From Polyangiales bacterium (GTDB lineage Bacteria; Myxococcota_A; Polyangia; Polyangiales; JADJQN01), in NCBI GenBank assembly GCA_964202905.1, contig CAXNJO010000004.1, forward strand, positions 128,001-192,000: a stretch of DNA of 64,000 nucleotides, given 5' to 3'. The translations under genes were made by a program, and so were the position numbers. Position 1 is the first letter of the stretch. Each line of letters begins with the position of its first letter. Positions 61,601-64,000 of the stretch are shown here, in pieces. Below the pieces are notes generated by a model, which had not been told where the DNA came from, did no database searches, and worked only from the letters and a program-made list of their open reading frames with translations.

Positions 61601-62884
61601 TCAGAGCACCCAGTAGGTCCGCAAGGCGGGCACATCGCCCGCGTCGAAGAACGACTTCACGTCGCCGACCACACCGCCGGGTTTCACGACCCGGGCCAGC
61701 GGCTCACCCGCCAGCGCGCGGTACTCGCGGTGGGCGACGGCGAGGACGAGACCGTCGAGGTCGACGAAGCGCTCCATCCCCACGAGTTCGAGTCCGTACT
61801 CGTGCATCGCCTCGGCCGCGTCCGCGCGCGGGTCGTGGACGAGCGGCTCGACGCCGAAACTGCGCAGCTCCGCGACGATGTCGGGCACGCGGCTGCTGCG
61901 CAGATCGGGCACGTTCTCCTTGAAGGTGAGGCCGAGAATGCCGACCTTCGCGCCCTTCACGACGGCGCCCGCGGCGATCATCTCGCGCACCATCCGGCGC
62001 GCGACGTAGGCGCCCATGCCGTCGTTCACGCGGCGACCGGCGAGGATGATGGCCGGGTGGTAGCCGAGGTTCTCGGCCTTCGAGGTGAGGTAGTAGGGGT
62101 CTACGCCGATGCAGTGGCCGCCGACGAGTCCGGGCGAGAAGCGCAGGAAGTTCCACTTGGTGCCCGCGGCGTCGAGGACGTCGCGCGTGCGAATCCCCAT
62201 GCGATCGAAGATCATCGCGAGCTCGTTCATCAGCGCGATGTTCAGGTCGCGCTGCGTGTTCTCGATGACCTTCGCGGCCTCCGCGACCTTGATGCTCGGG
62301 GCTCGGTGCACGCCGGGCTTGACGATGCTCTCGTAGACGCGCGCGACGCGCTCGAGGGTCTCGTCGTCCTCGCCGGCGACGATCTTCACCGTCGTCTCGA
62401 GGGTGTGCTCGCGGTCCCCGGGGTTGATGCGCTCGGGCGAATAGCCGAGGCGGAACTGCGCGCGGGAGAGCCCTGAGGCTTTCTCGAGGAGCGGCGCACA
62501 GACGTCCTCCGTCACCCCCGGGTACACCGTCGACTCGTAGACCACGACCGCGCCGGGCTGCAGCAGCTTCGCCACGGTCTCCGTGCCGCGCAGGATCGGG
62601 CCGAGATCGGGCTGCCGGTTGGCGTCGATCGGCGTCGGGACGGTCACGATGAAGAACGTCCCGGGCCCCACCTCCGCGAGGTCCGACGTGAGCCGCAACG
62701 GCGTGGTGCGCAACTCCGCGGGATCCGTCTCGTTCGTCCGGTCGAGCCCCTCGCGCAGCTCCTCGACGCGGCGCGCAGAGATGTCGAAACCGACGACGTG
62801 CGCATGGTGGCGGGCGAGCGCCACGGCGAGCGGGAGGCCCACATACCCGAGGCCGATGACGACGATCTTCTCTTCCTGGTTCAT
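61601..62884 (-). CDS. UDP-N-acetylhexosamine 6-dehydrogenase (WbpA/WbpO/TviB-like)
   Basis: [53 protein letters not shown]. Confidence 0.92.
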   Translation of the reverse strand: MNQEEKIVVIGLGYVGLPLAVALARHHAHVVGFDISARRVEELREGLDRTNETDPAELRTTPLRLTSDLAEVGPGTFFIVTVPTPIDANRQPDLGPILRGTETVAKLLQPGAVVVYESTVYPGVTEDVCAPLLEKASGLSRAQFRLGYSPERINPGDREHTLETTVKIVAGEDDETLERVARVYESIVKPGVHRAPSIKVAEAAKVIENTQRDLNIALMNELAMIFDRMGIRTRDVLDAAGTKWNFLRFSPGLVGGHCIGVDPYYLTSKAENLGYHPAIILAGRRVNDGMGAYVARRMVREMIAAGAVVKGAKVGILGLTFKENVPDLRSSRVPDIVAELRSFGVEPLVHDPRADAAEAMHEYGLELVGMERFVDLDGLVLAVAHREYRALAGEPLARVVKPGGVVGDVKSFFDAGDVPALRTYWVL

Positions 62885-63846
62885 GTCGGGGACCTGTCGC
62901 TGCCCGCGTCGCGGACGTTCGCTGTGTGGGCTGCGAAGTAGGCGAGGGTGCGCGCGAGGCCCTCGCGGAGGGGGACGCGCGGGGCGAAGCCGAGCCCCTC
63001 GCGGGCGCGTGCGATGTCGGGACGGCGCTGCCGCGGATCGTCCTGCGGCAGGGGTTTATGCACGACGTCGACCGGGCGCCCGAGCACCTCGCCGATCAGC
63101 GTGGCGAGCTCGAGCATCGTGAACTCGACCGGATTGCCAAGGTTCACGGGGCCGATCTCGGTGGGGTTCTCCATGAGCCGTACGAAGCCTTCGACGAGGT
63201 CGTCGACGAAGCAGAAGCTCCGCGTTTGCTTGCCATCTCCGTAGAGGGTGAGCGGTTCACCGCGCAGCGCCTGGACGATGAAGTTCGAGACGACGCGGCC
63301 GTCGCCCTCCTGCATGCGGGGGCCGTAGGTGTTGAAGATGCGCGCGACGCGGACCTCGACCCGATGCTGGCGATGGAAATCGAAACACAGGGTCTCGGCG
63401 GCACGCTTGCCCTCGTCGTAGCAGGCACGCGGACCGATCGGGTTCACGTGCCCCCAGTAGGACTCGGGTTGCGGATGCACGTCGGGGTCGCCGTAGACCT
63501 CGCTCGTGGACGCTTGGAAGAAGCGGGCACCGACCTCCTGCGCGAGGCGCAGTCCGTGCAGCGTGCCGAGCACGCTGGTGAGCATCGTGTGGACGGGGTC
63601 GCGCTGGTAGTGGACCGGGCTCGCAGGGCAGGCGAGGTTGTAGATCCGGTCGACGAGGTAGTGGTACGGCTGCGTGACGTCGTGGTGGACGAGCCGGAAG
63701 CGCGGGTGCGCCTCGAGGTGCGCGACGTTCTCGCGGGCGCCGGTGTAGAGGTTGTCGAGGGCGACCACCTCGTGCCCGTCCGCGAGCAGCCTGTCGCAGA
63801 GGTGCGACCCGACGAAGCCGGCCCCACCGGTGACGAGCGCGCGCAT
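62881..63846 (-). CDS. uxs: UDP-glucuronate decarboxylase (UDP-xylose synthase)
   Basis: [57 protein letters not shown]. Confidence 0.93.
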   Translation of the reverse strand: MRALVTGGAGFVGSHLCDRLLADGHEVVALDNLYTGARENVAHLEAHPRFRLVHHDVTQPYHYLVDRIYNLACPASPVHYQRDPVHTMLTSVLGTLHGLRLAQEVGARFFQASTSEVYGDPDVHPQPESYWGHVNPIGPRACYDEGKRAAETLCFDFHRQHRVEVRVARIFNTYGPRMQEGDGRVVSNFIVQALRGEPLTLYGDGKQTRSFCFVDDLVEGFVRLMENPTEIGPVNLGNPVEFTMLELATLIGEVLGRPVDVVHKPLPQDDPRQRRPDIARAREGLGFAPRVPLREGLARTLAYFAAHTANVRDAGSDRSPT

Positions 63847-64000
63847 CACGACCCCCTGACGCCGATCCCGTCGTACGTGAAGCCCAGCGCGCGGAGCCCG
63901 TAGCCGGACCAGATGTTGCGACCGTCGATGAGGAGGGGACGACGCAGCGCTGCCTTGAGCTGAGCGAAATCGGGGTTTTGGTACTGGCGCCACTCGGTGA
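63846..64000 (-). CDS. ugd: UDP-glucose 6-dehydrogenase, 3' end only
   Basis: Manual translation [55 protein letters not shown] coupling to uxs. Confidence 0.85.
   Translation of the reverse strand, partial: TEWRQYQNPDFAQLKAALRRPLLIDGRNIWSGYGLRALGFTYDGIGVRGS

Overview
Very GC-rich window, most likely from a myxobacterium (inferred from Glt-type gliding-machinery paralogues, a short OPX plus beta-barrel export pair and Asp/Ala/Gly-rich lipoprotein linkers). 1-10.5 kb: housekeeping and regulatory genes (ABC substrate-binding protein end, SOD, HD-domain hydrolase, two convergent sigma54 response regulators, lysC, ECF sigma/anti-sigma pair). 10.9-22.2 kb: Glt/Nfs-like trans-envelope operon. 22.3-64 kb: large Wzx/Wzy-type polysaccharide locus (OPX plus OM beta-barrel, Wzc, Wzx, Wzy-like, WecA-like, Gmd/Fcl/Per-like, WbpA/B/D/E-like, Ugd/Uxs, glycosyltransferases, sulfo-, methyl-, carbamoyl- and formyltransferases). 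Most notable: a minus-strand RiPP-like cassette inside the polysaccharide locus (about 31.8-37.8 kb): formyltransferase, lasso-type B2 leader peptidase, PqqD/RRE, nucleotidyltransferase, HPr-kinase-like kinase, sulfotransferase, a 57-aa precursor absent from the ORF track (32890..33063) and a radical SAM enzyme. The precursor has a lasso-type leader (YEAPKV...T-x), but its core has no Asp/Glu and no lasso cyclase gene is present, pointing to a non-lasso, multiply modified peptide possibly tied to surface glycan synthesis. Two genes carry apparent frameshifts. All family calls come from motif recognition by eye; no searches were run.
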